Shown piece after piece: positions 48,633 to 59,146 of a stretch of DNA of 64,000 nt (position 1 is the stretch's first letter; the number at the start of each line of letters is the position of its first letter). The stretch is taken from the NCBI GenBank assembly GCA_964494405.1, contig CAZBTQ010000001.1, positions 23,510 through 87,509 on the forward strand, read 5' to 3'. A program made the position numbers and the translations under genes. The notes below the pieces were generated by a model. That model saw only the letters and a list, made by a program, of their open reading frames with translations. It ran no database searches and was not told the origin of the DNA. The DNA is from an uncultured Iamiaceae bacterium. GTDB taxonomy: Bacteria; Actinomycetota; Acidimicrobiia; Acidimicrobiales; SKKL01.

Positions 48633-49064
48633 ATGTTTGGAGATCAAAACTCTCAGTTAACAGACGCCGCAGGTACTCCATCGGTAGCTTATAAGCCTAA
48701 TCCAGCAACAATGACCGATGCGACGAATACGGCTTTGGGTCACGGTCGCCATACAGGAACATCTGTTCCACAAGCTCCTCAAGCCCCTGCTTCCACCCTA
48801 AGAACGCAAGGGTCGTTTGAAGGCTACTTTCATTCTGCTCCAGCTAGACTTCAAGTTAATAAAACGGGTTACGAAAATCCAAACTATCATTCAGCCAAAT
48901 ATAGGCCAAAAGAATTGATTAACCACAAACCAATGGCTAGCTTGACAGATTTCAATAAAAAGCAGCCGATTAAATCTGTGACCAGTAAAGCTATCGGGTC
49001 CAATGTAAAGGGAAGCTCCGCCACAAGGCTGGGTTCTCGTATGTTAATGAATAAGGTATTCTAA
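48633..49064 (+). CDS. Hypothetical protein
   Basis: 143-aa ORF tightly packed between large genes. Confidence 0.6.
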   Translation: MFGDQNSQLTDAAGTPSVAYKPNPATMTDATNTALGHGRHTGTSVPQAPQAPASTLRTQGSFEGYFHSAPARLQVNKTGYENPNYHSAKYRPKELINHKPMASLTDFNKKQPIKSVTSKAIGSNVKGSSATRLGSRMLMNKVF

Positions 49065-49068
49065 AACT

Positions 49069-52000
49069 ATGGCAAACGAACACGCTCCACTTCCTGGTTC
49101 TAGAGAATGGATCATTTTCAAAAAAGCAGTTTTTTCAAATGTCCTGCTTGAGATTGATAAGGTAATTTCTCAGCTTCAGCAATCTATTGAGTCAGGAACT
49201 AACGTTTTGGACTCCGCTTATCGAGTGGGCCTCTCTTTGTTGATCACTCAATCTGATGGGTTGCCTTATATAACAGCGGCGCAGTGGTATGGACCGAAGT
49301 TCAACAGACTGCTTGATCTTTACGCTAGATCCGTTGAAGACACCAATGAAGAAGAAGCCGTCAAATTTACTGACGATTCGTACGTCAATCTCTTTACTGA
49401 CGAAGATGGAGCATTCGGTTCGGCTCTCGGATTCTTAACCACGGATCAGAGAATACGGGAAGTACTCGGCAGCCAGATTCAGCGAGAGAATACCCCACCG
49501 CCACCCATTAACAGCTGGGAGTGTAGAATAGGTGGATCCAAATTCTTGGTTCCACCCACTAATGTCACAGTATCTAATAACTACAAAACTTCATCTATGA
49601 CTGGTGGAGTCATCAGACAACAAACTACCGCTAAGTTCAACTCGGGTCACTCTGAGACAATTATCGATATGAGGCTGTACTTCCCCAACCAAGACTCGGT
49701 TTGGGGAATAGGCGATGCAGATGAGCTGGATATTAACTTCCATACAGCATCGGATGCAGTGATAGATAGATTTCTATCTTCTCTCAGGGGTTTGATCACT
49801 CAATTCAGATACACCCCATTCTTGCCAGTTAGACACAATTTGCTCAACTCTGTTTATGGAGTAACTGGAGTGACCTTAAACAATTTGAGCGTATCAACAA
49901 TACCTGATTTTCCCTTGTGCTTTGTTGTTGATCTGCGAATGAAAGCATTTAACCATAAAGTCTTCCTCCCCCCTATTGAGGACTTCAATCAAGCTGTTCA
50001 CTGGGGTCGCTTTCGCCAGTATGTGGGCCGTGCTGCTCAGACGATGGCTCACAATATCAGTCGAGGGTTTTTAGTAGAGTACGACAAAAAAGCTGACGAT
50101 AATCCTATTTCTTACGACTATGAAGCTGAGGGCTTTACGACTTTCAAGAGACTCCAGGAGATTCTTGATGGTCGTGAAATGAGACTGTATTACCCCAGGA
50201 AGGTTCCGGGACGAATTTTCACGGCTGACATGGCGAACTACCGTCAACAAGGTGAAGATGTCGATATCGGTAGAGCAAAATCGTCATGGGAAGCCTTGTT
50301 GGGTAGATTGGGAGTTGATGTAAACACTAACCCCCAGGCAACATATAACTATGTGAATAGTTCTTCTAACATCGTTAGCGGGGACTTCTCTGGTAGGACT
50401 GCAATGTTGGAGTACCTACGTAATTTAAATGTAATCAACAGCCCGGAAGGTATGACTAACGAACTACTTCAGGAATTCATCGACAAGTCATTGAAGAAAT
50501 ACGAAGATGAAAACGGCCCCTTGACTCCGGCAATGGCTGAGGCTATTGCGAACGGGGTACGAACACAGTGGTTCAATTTTATGTTCAACTCTTGGAAGAA
50601 TCTGCCCTTCTTCCAACTGCTGAGTGACGCAAAGAAAAAACAAGATAACTTATCCAGTATCAATGAATGGGACGTTCCCATGGATCCCTTTGAGTTGGAT
50701 CCGACCAGGGTGGTCCTTAATGGGGTGTCGGTTAATCTTAGCAATAACTTTGCGACGTTGCAGTTGCAGATGCAAGAAGACCCCACTTATCAACACATTG
50801 GGGGTGGCGACTCATTTATCTCAATGCAGTTTACTGTTTTTGGGGAGCAGGCACTTCATGGGTTTAAGCGAGTCCTGAAACACGTCAACGGTTTAGCTCG
50901 ACTAGAAAACTCTAGGGGTGTCCTAGGGTTTCTCGGAATTAAGAATATGGTCACCGCTCTATGTGGTATCAAATACGTTCTTCCGGTGAAATGGACCACT
51001 GAAGTAGTTGAGGACACCCCAGGGGTCTACAATGTCGCCTTGGAGTTCACTGACTTTGATATTTTCCAACAGCGCAGAGAAGAACTGTCTCATGAACAGC
51101 AACAAGAATTAGTTGATCAGTTCTCCAAGAGGAACCCCTTCTTGAGGATCAAGCAGATGTGGGGCGTATTTAACGCTTACCCGGACTTTCCCTTGTCTGT
51201 TAGAGATGATCAAGGGAAAGTGGTGGGGTCACTCGACCCAGATTATTATTTCCGAGCTTTTCAGACGATTGATGATGATATTGTTAACTGGAAAGACGAT
51301 GATGTTGTAGGTGCGGGGATTACAGATCTAGACGACCCAGATCCCGTGATGGTAGATGGGGTTGAAGTTCAAGAAAAGGGCGAGCCCGATGAGCAGGGCT
51401 CGGTTGGCTCCCTAACAAAAGGCTACAAGCACACAGTAGAGACATACCTTAACATCCAGAACCCGACCGGTGAAAACCACCAGATGCTTAGTTTAACCCG
51501 TAGTGGTATGCAGTTGGGGGCAAGTTCTAATGAAACAAACGAATTTACAAAGCAGCAATCCGGTATTAAATTCAAAGAGAACACCGCTGCAACCAAACAT
51601 GATAAACCGTTCATTGAAGGGCTGACTCCAGGCACTCATCAAATGCCCATTTTAGATGACGACCCCTTTGGGCAATTTGAAAAAATGATGACAGACTCTC
51701 AGTACCGAGACCAGTCTGGTCGGATGGTGAGAGCTTTTCCTACTTATATGTTGTGGCTCATTGATGAAGGGGGAACCTTCGCTGGAGTAAAGCTTTTTGA
51801 TAACTTCTACAACATTCAATCTGTCATTGATTTCTCTGTGGTTAGTTCAGAAGATATTCTGGGTGATACCTTAGTTTTAAGGCTGTCGAACCTCTACTCT
51901 AAGCTAACCACCAGATACAATGGTCGCTTACGTTATCCCAAAGAATACCAAGAAGCACTTGAGCAAGCGGGTTTCGATGTTTTGATGGAGGATGATAGTT

Positions 52001-55000
52001 ATGCTATTGATGACTATAAAGATCCAGCAATAGCCACTGGAGACGGCGATGGGCTTTTGTATCTTCTGGGAAATACTTATAGAAACATCATATCAGGCAC
52101 CACAGGGTCTATTGTTGAAATAGACAGAATACGCCTCAAGCCCGGGGTCAGAGTTCATCTTAGAGCCGGATATTCAAGTTCGCCCAATGCTCTCGAAACA
52201 CTTTTCAACGGAACAATTACCGAAGTAGAGCAAGGTGATATCGTTACAGTAACTGCTCAGTCAGATGCCATTGAACTATCCCCAATGGTTAATACAACTT
52301 CGGAATCGGGGCACTCCGGAAAGATAGACGGGTCGTTGTTTACCCAGTCGGATGGATTAGCCCTGTGGTTATCAGAGCCACGAGATCTGATGATCAGACT
52401 TTTGACAATGGGGGCATCCACTTTCAAAGAAATGATTGCTCTTGCTACTGAAAACCTTATTTTCTCTGAGAACAAATTTGGTATTCGACACTTCGGAATG
52501 ATGCTGTATGACTCACTCTCTGAGAACGAAAGAGAAAAGGGGGAGTTTCGCTATAAACACCTTCAGGAAAGAGCCAAAGGTTTCTTTGATCCAGGAGAGG
52601 ATCTTGGGCAGGGTTTCGGCTTCGATGCTTTTGGTGGTGTAGCTAATACCCGAAGCGGCGTGTCTGCGCTCATGACTGCAATGTGGACTAATATCAACCG
52701 CGATCCTGATTATGAAATTTATAAGCGGAACATTTATCCTGGTAATGGTTTTGGTGTAGCACAGTTTCTGGGTGGAGACACAATGGACGGCGGTTTAGCG
52801 ATTGCCGCAGCCTTGAGTCAAGGGTTGAACCCAGAAGAATTAGAAGCCCCAGCTGAAGTTGAGTCCGAGGGAAGATCTCTCTATAGCACCGATATCGCAA
52901 GACGCATCATGGAGTCTGGTGGAGATCGATATCTAAATGAAGCCATTGCTGAATCCGGACAGGAGTTCCAGCCAGAGTCAGATGATGGATTCGGGTTCGG
53001 GGATGTTTTTGCTTTATTGCTTCCAGGAGCTAGTGCCATATTGAATCCTACGGTTACTTTCAAGGGCGCTGGGGGCAGCCTAGGTCAGCTATTTGGACTC
53101 GAAAACACGGTGGGAGCGCAGGCCCTTGAATTTGTGGCTCCAGATAATAATGTCAGCGAACTATTAGAGAAGGTATTGGGCCTGAGCAAAGGACTCGATG
53201 ACGATGGAGAGTTTGATGAAGTATCGTTCCGCGCTCAGACTTATATGAAATCGGTCTGGGACCTGTTCCAGCTTTGTGCGGCCCTTCTTCCTAACTACAT
53301 CGTTGCAGTAAGACCCTTCGAAGATAGATCCACCGTTTTTTATGGCAAGCCACATTGGCTATATACCTCTGGGTTGACACCAATCACCACTGGACTACAA
53401 AGAGACAGCGACAACCTAAAGCTAAGAGAACAAAACAAAGAGCTGCACGAGATGATGCGGGAATTGAGCGAACGTGCGAGCCCCTTAGCTGATCTAGAGG
53501 ATCAACTGGGGATCATTGAAGATTTGGGAAAGATTGACCCCTTGTCTGATCCCAACGCCCAATTTGCTGCCAACGGTGGGCCCACCGGTACCGCTGGGGA
53601 TCTTACCCCGGGACCAGGCAACAAGCTCAGTATTGATCAAATAGCTGACTTAGCTTATTCCATTGGGGGCTGGATCACAGAAGAAGACCTTACGACGGCA
53701 ATTGCTTGTTGTTGGGCTGAATCTGGGTTCAAAATCGATGCTCATAATGGGAGAAATGGCAACGCCTACGGTTTGTGGCAATGTCAAATTTCTTGGCATG
53801 AAGACAAATTCGATGGCAGACCAGCAGAAGACCTTCTAGTCGATCCCGTTTTCGCTACCCAGGTGGCACAAAAAACATATAAAGCCTCCGGTAACAGTTG
53901 GCAACCCTGGTCAGCGGTAACCAACCGCACATCACATTTTGTGAATAAGTTACCTGAAGCAAGAGAGGCTGCTCGCAGAAGGTTATCCGGTGGCTCCCCC
54001 ACAGCTGCTGAATCAGAACCAGAACAACCAACATCACCGCACCCGACACTTGCACAGATAACTGTTAGTGAATGGTACAAAGAGGAGGAGGACGCCTCTA
54101 ACCCAATTATATACGAATACGTATATGGTGGCATTAGGGCGCCCGTTCCTGTTTGGATTGATCCGGCCAGTGGTGTTTATACTGAGGGAGCAGACACTAA
54201 TGTGGGTGATGTGGCTCGAATGCTATACGATAAAGAGTATTCCGAGCAACAAAACCATGCAGAATACAAGCTGCTTGTTGAAAGCGGAAAAACCTTAGAC
54301 CATGCTACCCGTATTTGGAAAGATCTTCGTTCTCGCTTTTATGAGTTGACGGAGATGCAAGAAAGCTACGAAACAATTCGTGGGACTAAACCCGAAAAAG
54401 ACAGAGGCACTTGGTATCCAGAAGCCTACTTAGAATTGGGCAAAATCTTCTTGTCTATGATTTGGCAGGACCCCAGAGCAAGAGCTTGGGTTGTTATTGT
54501 TGCAGATAAGAAGATTGACTGGAGCCAGATCCCCACAGGTAGCGGGATTCTGGGATCAATAGCCAACAACGCTGGAGGGTTGCCAGTTATTGGTGGGGCT
54601 GTAGCAGGTGTTGCAGGAGCTGCTGAGGGAGTTTTTGGTACTGCTGAGGATATAGTTGCTCCAGGTCTAGGTCTCCTAGATAGAATTGACGGAAATGACG
54701 ATGGGTGGATTGATATTCCCGATTTTGATAAGGGTCCTAGCGATACCGCATGGACTTTCAGTTATGTGAATGGTTTATGGGAAGTGTTCTTGGATGAATT
54801 TGGTGGTCAGGAAAGCACTCTAGGGAAAAACGAACAGGGCGGATATGATCTAAGTGAAGCAATGCTTGCCTTCATCAATGATAATATGGTTCCAGGCATC
54901 TTGGAAGACAACTTCCTCGCTCAAGCCGTTGAAGGCGTAAGCAACTTTGCTGAACGAAACATTGGAGCTTTGATCACATCTGTAGCGTCGACCATCCAAG

Positions 55001-56961
55001 GGGTTATTCAGCTCTTCAGAGCATCGCTGATGCAGCTTGGTTATGGTCTCAACATGGTGGGTCAGATGCAAAAACAAGCCAACGTACTAAACAGACTATA
55101 TAACGATAGTATCTACTATGCGGCGGGGACGCCCGGCTCCATTGAGAGACTAGCAGATAATCCGTTCACCCGGGAATATGGTGAGCCGGTGGTGGAAATT
55201 CGTGAACCATTCCAAAGAATCCACTACATCAACTCTTTCCAACACATTCTGAATAACGGAATCATGGAGACCTTGGACGACGTGCCGACAACCATTACAG
55301 CTACTTCAGATGGTGAACATCCAGTAACTGTTCATTTTGACAAAGGTATTGCATCTAACCATCAAACTGAAAGAGTTGTCGAGACTGGGCTATTTTGGGA
55401 CAACGTCAAAGGTAAAGGCTTGTTCTCTACGCTGCATCCACTTCTCCACCCCATTGAAACAGCTAGAGGCTTTACTAAGGCTCTAACTGGTTCCTCTGAT
55501 GAGTTGATGTCAAGACGTGTTGGTCTTTGGCATCTAAAAGAAGGTCTAAAAGATATCTACGGTGGGGAAATTCTCATTTTAGGGAACGCTGACATCAGAC
55601 CACATGATTTACTTTATATTTCTGACTCGTATGAAGAAATTCACGGTATGTGTGAAATCGAGCAAGTCGTCCACCACTTTACACCAGACATGGGATTTAT
55701 CACAACTGTCACTCCAAACGCCCTTGTCACAATCAATGATCCAGCTAGATGGTCGATGATCTCTTGGGTGTGGTCCTGGTGGTCGGTGAAGGATTATAGG
55801 GACACCACCAGATCAATGCTATATAACGTAGCTGATCAAGGGTCAGAAGCTTATACAGAAGGCAGTTTCTCTGTCGACGATTTAGCTAGATCTACAGAAA
55901 AATCTATCAAAGGACACTTGCAGTTCACACAAGGTTCAAGCGCTTTGGTTAAGGATCTAGTAGCGGCTAGAACCATGGGTTTGTTGAACTACGAAAGCGT
56001 AAAAGACGATGCCGACGCAGGAGATGTGGCAAAAGTTACCAGTGACTTTGTAACTGGTCTAACCAACACCTTCACACTCGGTCTGGCTGGGGAGCTGCAA
56101 GAGTTCGCCTGGGATGCCTGGGATACGGTTAGAGAAAATCTCTTAGATCAACACGGTTGCTACATACAGTATTTGAACCGCAAAGGCGAACCAATGGACG
56201 CCGGATTATCTTATGCTCAAGGAGTGGCTGTTGGCCGACATCATAAGACATCTATCCTGCCGAATATTTTAGGCTTAGAGATTGAGACAAGAGAAGATGG
56301 TCATGTCAGAATTACTACTGATGACCTGTTGGCTCAATTGGGCTGGAATGAGATAGATATTCAACATCACCGTAAGTATACTAGTTGGTGGATAGACCAG
56401 GTCAACTCCCAGGTCCTAGAGATTGCTGGAGAGACACCAGGTTATAGCCCTGGGGTAATGCCTGAAGTCAAGATTGGTCGTATCACCCACGTCGAGGACG
56501 GTGACACCATCCATCTCAATGGGGGAAGCCTTAAAGTTCGTCTTGAAGGCGTTGCGGCACCTGAACTTTGGGATCACCAAAACCTTGAGAACAACTCCCC
56601 CTATAATAGAGGGCGGTTGGCTACCGAATTCTTAATGAATGTTTTGGCTGAAGAGTTTCCTGATGATCCTCAACCAGAGGTGGCCGTCCGAATCAACCCA
56701 GTTGAGCCGACTGATCGATATGGTCGTACTCTTGGTGTTATATTTTACAATACCCCACCAGGCACACCAGATGATCAAAAAACAGAAGTACTAAGAAGAT
56801 ATGCGGCCAACTGGCCACCAAAACCATGGGACTCTTACATGGAAGATGGTAGACCTTATACCCTTAACTGGGCGGTTATTCTGTCTGGTTATGCTTCAGT
56901 AGACACTAAAGGTCTTCAAATAGCTGACGAAAGAGCTGGCGCTGAGTTATTCCAGGAGTAG
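49069..56961 (+). CDS. Giant baseplate hub-like protein with lytic transglycosylase and C-terminal thermonuclease (SNase) domains
   Basis: RVHLRAGY...LFNGTITEV hub motif; WAESG...AYGLWQ SLT motif (about 53700-53790); VEDGDTI...VRLEGVAAPE...DRYGRTLG SNase motifs (about 56490-56740). Confidence 0.8.
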   Translation: MANEHAPLPGSREWIIFKKAVFSNVLLEIDKVISQLQQSIESGTNVLDSAYRVGLSLLITQSDGLPYITAAQWYGPKFNRLLDLYARSVEDTNEEEAVKFTDDSYVNLFTDEDGAFGSALGFLTTDQRIREVLGSQIQRENTPPPPINSWECRIGGSKFLVPPTNVTVSNNYKTSSMTGGVIRQQTTAKFNSGHSETIIDMRLYFPNQDSVWGIGDADELDINFHTASDAVIDRFLSSLRGLITQFRYTPFLPVRHNLLNSVYGVTGVTLNNLSVSTIPDFPLCFVVDLRMKAFNHKVFLPPIEDFNQAVHWGRFRQYVGRAAQTMAHNISRGFLVEYDKKADDNPISYDYEAEGFTTFKRLQEILDGREMRLYYPRKVPGRIFTADMANYRQQGEDVDIGRAKSSWEALLGRLGVDVNTNPQATYNYVNSSSNIVSGDFSGRTAMLEYLRNLNVINSPEGMTNELLQEFIDKSLKKYEDENGPLTPAMAEAIANGVRTQWFNFMFNSWKNLPFFQLLSDAKKKQDNLSSINEWDVPMDPFELDPTRVVLNGVSVNLSNNFATLQLQMQEDPTYQHIGGGDSFISMQFTVFGEQALHGFKRVLKHVNGLARLENSRGVLGFLGIKNMVTALCGIKYVLPVKWTTEVVEDTPGVYNVALEFTDFDIFQQRREELSHEQQQELVDQFSKRNPFLRIKQMWGVFNAYPDFPLSVRDDQGKVVGSLDPDYYFRAFQTIDDDIVNWKDDDVVGAGITDLDDPDPVMVDGVEVQEKGEPDEQGSVGSLTKGYKHTVETYLNIQNPTGENHQMLSLTRSGMQLGASSNETNEFTKQQSGIKFKENTAATKHDKPFIEGLTPGTHQMPILDDDPFGQFEKMMTDSQYRDQSGRMVRAFPTYMLWLIDEGGTFAGVKLFDNFYNIQSVIDFSVVSSEDILGDTLVLRLSNLYSKLTTRYNGRLRYPKEYQEALEQAGFDVLMEDDSYAIDDYKDPAIATGDGDGLLYLLGNTYRNIISGTTGSIVEIDRIRLKPGVRVHLRAGYSSSPNALETLFNGTITEVEQGDIVTVTAQSDAIELSPMVNTTSESGHSGKIDGSLFTQSDGLALWLSEPRDLMIRLLTMGASTFKEMIALATENLIFSENKFGIRHFGMMLYDSLSENEREKGEFRYKHLQERAKGFFDPGEDLGQGFGFDAFGGVANTRSGVSALMTAMWTNINRDPDYEIYKRNIYPGNGFGVAQFLGGDTMDGGLAIAAALSQGLNPEELEAPAEVESEGRSLYSTDIARRIMESGGDRYLNEAIAESGQEFQPESDDGFGFGDVFALLLPGASAILNPTVTFKGAGGSLGQLFGLENTVGAQALEFVAPDNNVSELLEKVLGLSKGLDDDGEFDEVSFRAQTYMKSVWDLFQLCAALLPNYIVAVRPFEDRSTVFYGKPHWLYTSGLTPITTGLQRDSDNLKLREQNKELHEMMRELSERASPLADLEDQLGIIEDLGKIDPLSDPNAQFAANGGPTGTAGDLTPGPGNKLSIDQIADLAYSIGGWITEEDLTTAIACCWAESGFKIDAHNGRNGNAYGLWQCQISWHEDKFDGRPAEDLLVDPVFATQVAQKTYKASGNSWQPWSAVTNRTSHFVNKLPEAREAARRRLSGGSPTAAESEPEQPTSPHPTLAQITVSEWYKEEEDASNPIIYEYVYGGIRAPVPVWIDPASGVYTEGADTNVGDVARMLYDKEYSEQQNHAEYKLLVESGKTLDHATRIWKDLRSRFYELTEMQESYETIRGTKPEKDRGTWYPEAYLELGKIFLSMIWQDPRARAWVVIVADKKIDWSQIPTGSGILGSIANNAGGLPVIGGAVAGVAGAAEGVFGTAEDIVAPGLGLLDRIDGNDDGWIDIPDFDKGPSDTAWTFSYVNGLWEVFLDEFGGQESTLGKNEQGGYDLSEAMLAFINDNMVPGILEDNFLAQAVEGVSNFAERNIGALITSVASTIQGVIQLFRASLMQLGYGLNMVGQMQKQANVLNRLYNDSIYYAAGTPGSIERLADNPFTREYGEPVVEIREPFQRIHYINSFQHILNNGIMETLDDVPTTITATSDGEHPVTVHFDKGIASNHQTERVVETGLFWDNVKGKGLFSTLHPLLHPIETARGFTKALTGSSDELMSRRVGLWHLKEGLKDIYGGEILILGNADIRPHDLLYISDSYEEIHGMCEIEQVVHHFTPDMGFITTVTPNALVTINDPARWSMISWVWSWWSVKDYRDTTRSMLYNVADQGSEAYTEGSFSVDDLARSTEKSIKGHLQFTQGSSALVKDLVAARTMGLLNYESVKDDADAGDVAKVTSDFVTGLTNTFTLGLAGELQEFAWDAWDTVRENLLDQHGCYIQYLNRKGEPMDAGLSYAQGVAVGRHHKTSILPNILGLEIETREDGHVRITTDDLLAQLGWNEIDIQHHRKYTSWWIDQVNSQVLEIAGETPGYSPGVMPEVKIGRITHVEDGDTIHLNGGSLKVRLEGVAAPELWDHQNLENNSPYNRGRLATEFLMNVLAEEFPDDPQPEVAVRINPVEPTDRYGRTLGVIFYNTPPGTPDDQKTEVLRRYAANWPPKPWDSYMEDGRPYTLNWAVILSGYASVDTKGLQIADERAGAELFQE

Positions 56962-56965
56962 ATTA

Positions 56966-57895
56966 ATGCCATACGATTTATCAGTAGAAGAAATAGCGGG
57001 AGATGGGCTAGGTAGAGCCCTTACCCAGCGAGCTGCCTTAGATCCAGCCAAAGTAACATCAACAGCAACTGATGCACAGGAAAGCAATGCTGGTGCAGTC
57101 TCCAGTCAGCCTCGAACCAGTGCTTCGGTAACTGGTGGACCAAGTTTGAGCGTCAGTTCGTTGTCTGTTTCGAGTATTTTGCAAGGCGCCGCGTTATACA
57201 AGCCCGCAGCACTTCAGTATGATCAATTCAACCAGTACCTATCTTCAGACATGCAGTCAATCATTCAAACAGGTGGTGGAGCCGATCAAATATTGGGTCA
57301 AGGCAGACAACGTTTCACCCCTTATGATATCCTTGTTCAACAAGGTCGAAGCGATGGTAAAATTCAGTTTGAAGGTTTCGCAGCGGGAGGGGATGCGGCT
57401 AACGAAATGTTCGCAGGTGCGGCCGATGGGGTTGCTGTTGGTGCAGTGCAGCAAACCGATGGGTCAGAAACCCACCCCCACAGTCAGTTGGGGCCAGTCA
57501 CGGTGTTATTATGGACGGTAACCGATAAACACGGTAAACCTTGGACGTTCAAAATGGCAGCTGAATTTATGGCGATGTGGCAACCATGCTATAAAGCTGC
57601 GTTAGCTGATGGCGTTAATTTAACTGGTGGGGGTTTTAGAACCGAAGCAGGGCAGATAGCTTTAAGAAAGCAAAACTGTGGGGAATCAGTTTGGCAAACT
57701 GCATCTTCAAGCTCTTGTCGTCCGCCAACGGCAAAACCTGGCAAGTCTAATCATGAAAAAGGCTTAGCTATCGATCTACACAATGCTGGCTCTCGTGGTA
57801 CCGAAGCTTATCAGTGGATGGCCGCGAATGCTGGTAGGTTTGGGATTAAGAATTTGCCATCCGAATCTTGGCACTGGAGCATAAACGGAAACTAA
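56966..57895 (+). CDS. Virion-associated M15 (VanY-like) peptidoglycan peptidase
   Basis: GFRT..Q, PGKSNHEKGLAIDL (SxHxxGxAxD) and ESWHW motifs. Confidence 0.85.
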   Translation: MPYDLSVEEIAGDGLGRALTQRAALDPAKVTSTATDAQESNAGAVSSQPRTSASVTGGPSLSVSSLSVSSILQGAALYKPAALQYDQFNQYLSSDMQSIIQTGGGADQILGQGRQRFTPYDILVQQGRSDGKIQFEGFAAGGDAANEMFAGAADGVAVGAVQQTDGSETHPHSQLGPVTVLLWTVTDKHGKPWTFKMAAEFMAMWQPCYKAALADGVNLTGGGFRTEAGQIALRKQNCGESVWQTASSSSCRPPTAKPGKSNHEKGLAIDLHNAGSRGTEAYQWMAANAGRFGIKNLPSESWHWSINGN

Positions 57896-57896
57896 C

Positions 57897-58268
57897 ATGC
57901 AAAAACACTATCCGAAATATGAAAAACGATTACAGCAGGATCTGACGAATAGAGAATTAAGCAGAACAACAGGCCGGGAAGGCATTATTATTGCCTATAA
58001 CGAGTTTAGAAATACGGCAACAGTTCTCTTGACTAACCCCCAAGACGGCGGTGTAGGAGTCACAGTGGAAAACGTTCCATGTCCAACCTACATGGGGATC
58101 CAAATCGCCGCCCCTGAACCAGGAAGGTCTTGTTGGGTTGAGTTCAAGAACAGCGGGGAACGAAACCCCATTATAACCCATTTCTACAACTTAGCTTATT
58201 CTCAGTTCGACTACGAAAACCAGATGAATGCATCAAGCATGATCCCCAATTATTATACGTCGATATAG
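57897..58268 (+). CDS. Baseplate spike OB-fold-like protein
   Basis: VENVPCP...APEPGRSCWVEF..PII resembles the gp5/gpV N-terminal OB domain. Confidence 0.55.
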   Translation: MQKHYPKYEKRLQQDLTNRELSRTTGREGIIIAYNEFRNTATVLLTNPQDGGVGVTVENVPCPTYMGIQIAAPEPGRSCWVEFKNSGERNPIITHFYNLAYSQFDYENQMNASSMIPNYYTSI

Positions 58269-58276
58269 GAACATAG

Positions 58277-58738
58277 ATGGCCAAATTTGAAAAACCATAT
58301 AGTCAAGTAAGAGATGGGGAGAGGTTTAATCTTAGAGAGCTTGGGTTAAACCACCCAGACAACAAATCCTTCATTAAGATAGCCGACAACGGAGACGTTG
58401 AAATAAGTGCTGGGCCTGGAATTTCGATCATCCTTCACCCACATAATAGATCTATAACCTTTGTAGCCGACAGCATAAAGATGCTAGTTAGAGACCATGA
58501 CGGGGTGAAGATCAATGATCTTATTCTTAATACTGACGCTACTAACTATTCAGAACCCACATTCTTAGAATCTGACCCGGTTGATATGTCATATTTCTAC
58601 GATGGAACAGTGGAGTTTGTTCAGAATTTGGATAACCGAAAGGTTGTGGATCCAAATACCCAATCCAGAATTCAGTGGGACGAGTATGTCAAGCTTTACA
58701 AGCGTGAACCAACCTGGAATGGATCTTATTTTGAGTAG
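58277..58738 (+). CDS. Baseplate spike-associated protein
   Basis: SFIKIADNGDVEISAG beta-strand repeats; baseplate context. Confidence 0.45.
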   Translation: MAKFEKPYSQVRDGERFNLRELGLNHPDNKSFIKIADNGDVEISAGPGISIILHPHNRSITFVADSIKMLVRDHDGVKINDLILNTDATNYSEPTFLESDPVDMSYFYDGTVEFVQNLDNRKVVDPNTQSRIQWDEYVKLYKREPTWNGSYFE

Positions 58739-58744
58739 GTTATT

Positions 58745-59146
58745 TTGACGGATCTATATTTTACTGAGAACGGAGACATTAGAATAAGCCCTCATGGGGA
58801 TCTTGCGTTGACTAATTCAGTATATCGACATCTTGGCCAGCAGGCTCATATACGAATTATGACTGATACAGGGGACTATACCTTATACCCGAGACTAGGG
58901 AGCTCTCTATCCAAACTATACGGCATGCCCCAGAGCCAGGCGACAGGTGAGTATGGTGTTTCCCTCATTAAAGAAGCTCTCAGCAGGGAGGGTATCTTTG
59001 CTGGACAGAATGTTTCTGTCAAAGCTTTCCCTACTGGCCCCCAATCAATCAGATTCGATGTTTATATTTTAACTGCTGGCGGAACCCATATGGTCCTTTC
59101 CATCGAAAGAAATCTCACGACACAAGAGTTAACAGATGCCACTTAA
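58745..59146 (+). CDS. Baseplate wedge protein (gp25/gpW-like)
   Basis: DLYFTENGDI, TDTGDYTLYPRLGSSL motif; precedes baseplate J. Confidence 0.7.
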   Translation: MTDLYFTENGDIRISPHGDLALTNSVYRHLGQQAHIRIMTDTGDYTLYPRLGSSLSKLYGMPQSQATGEYGVSLIKEALSREGIFAGQNVSVKAFPTGPQSIRFDVYILTAGGTHMVLSIERNLTTQELTDAT

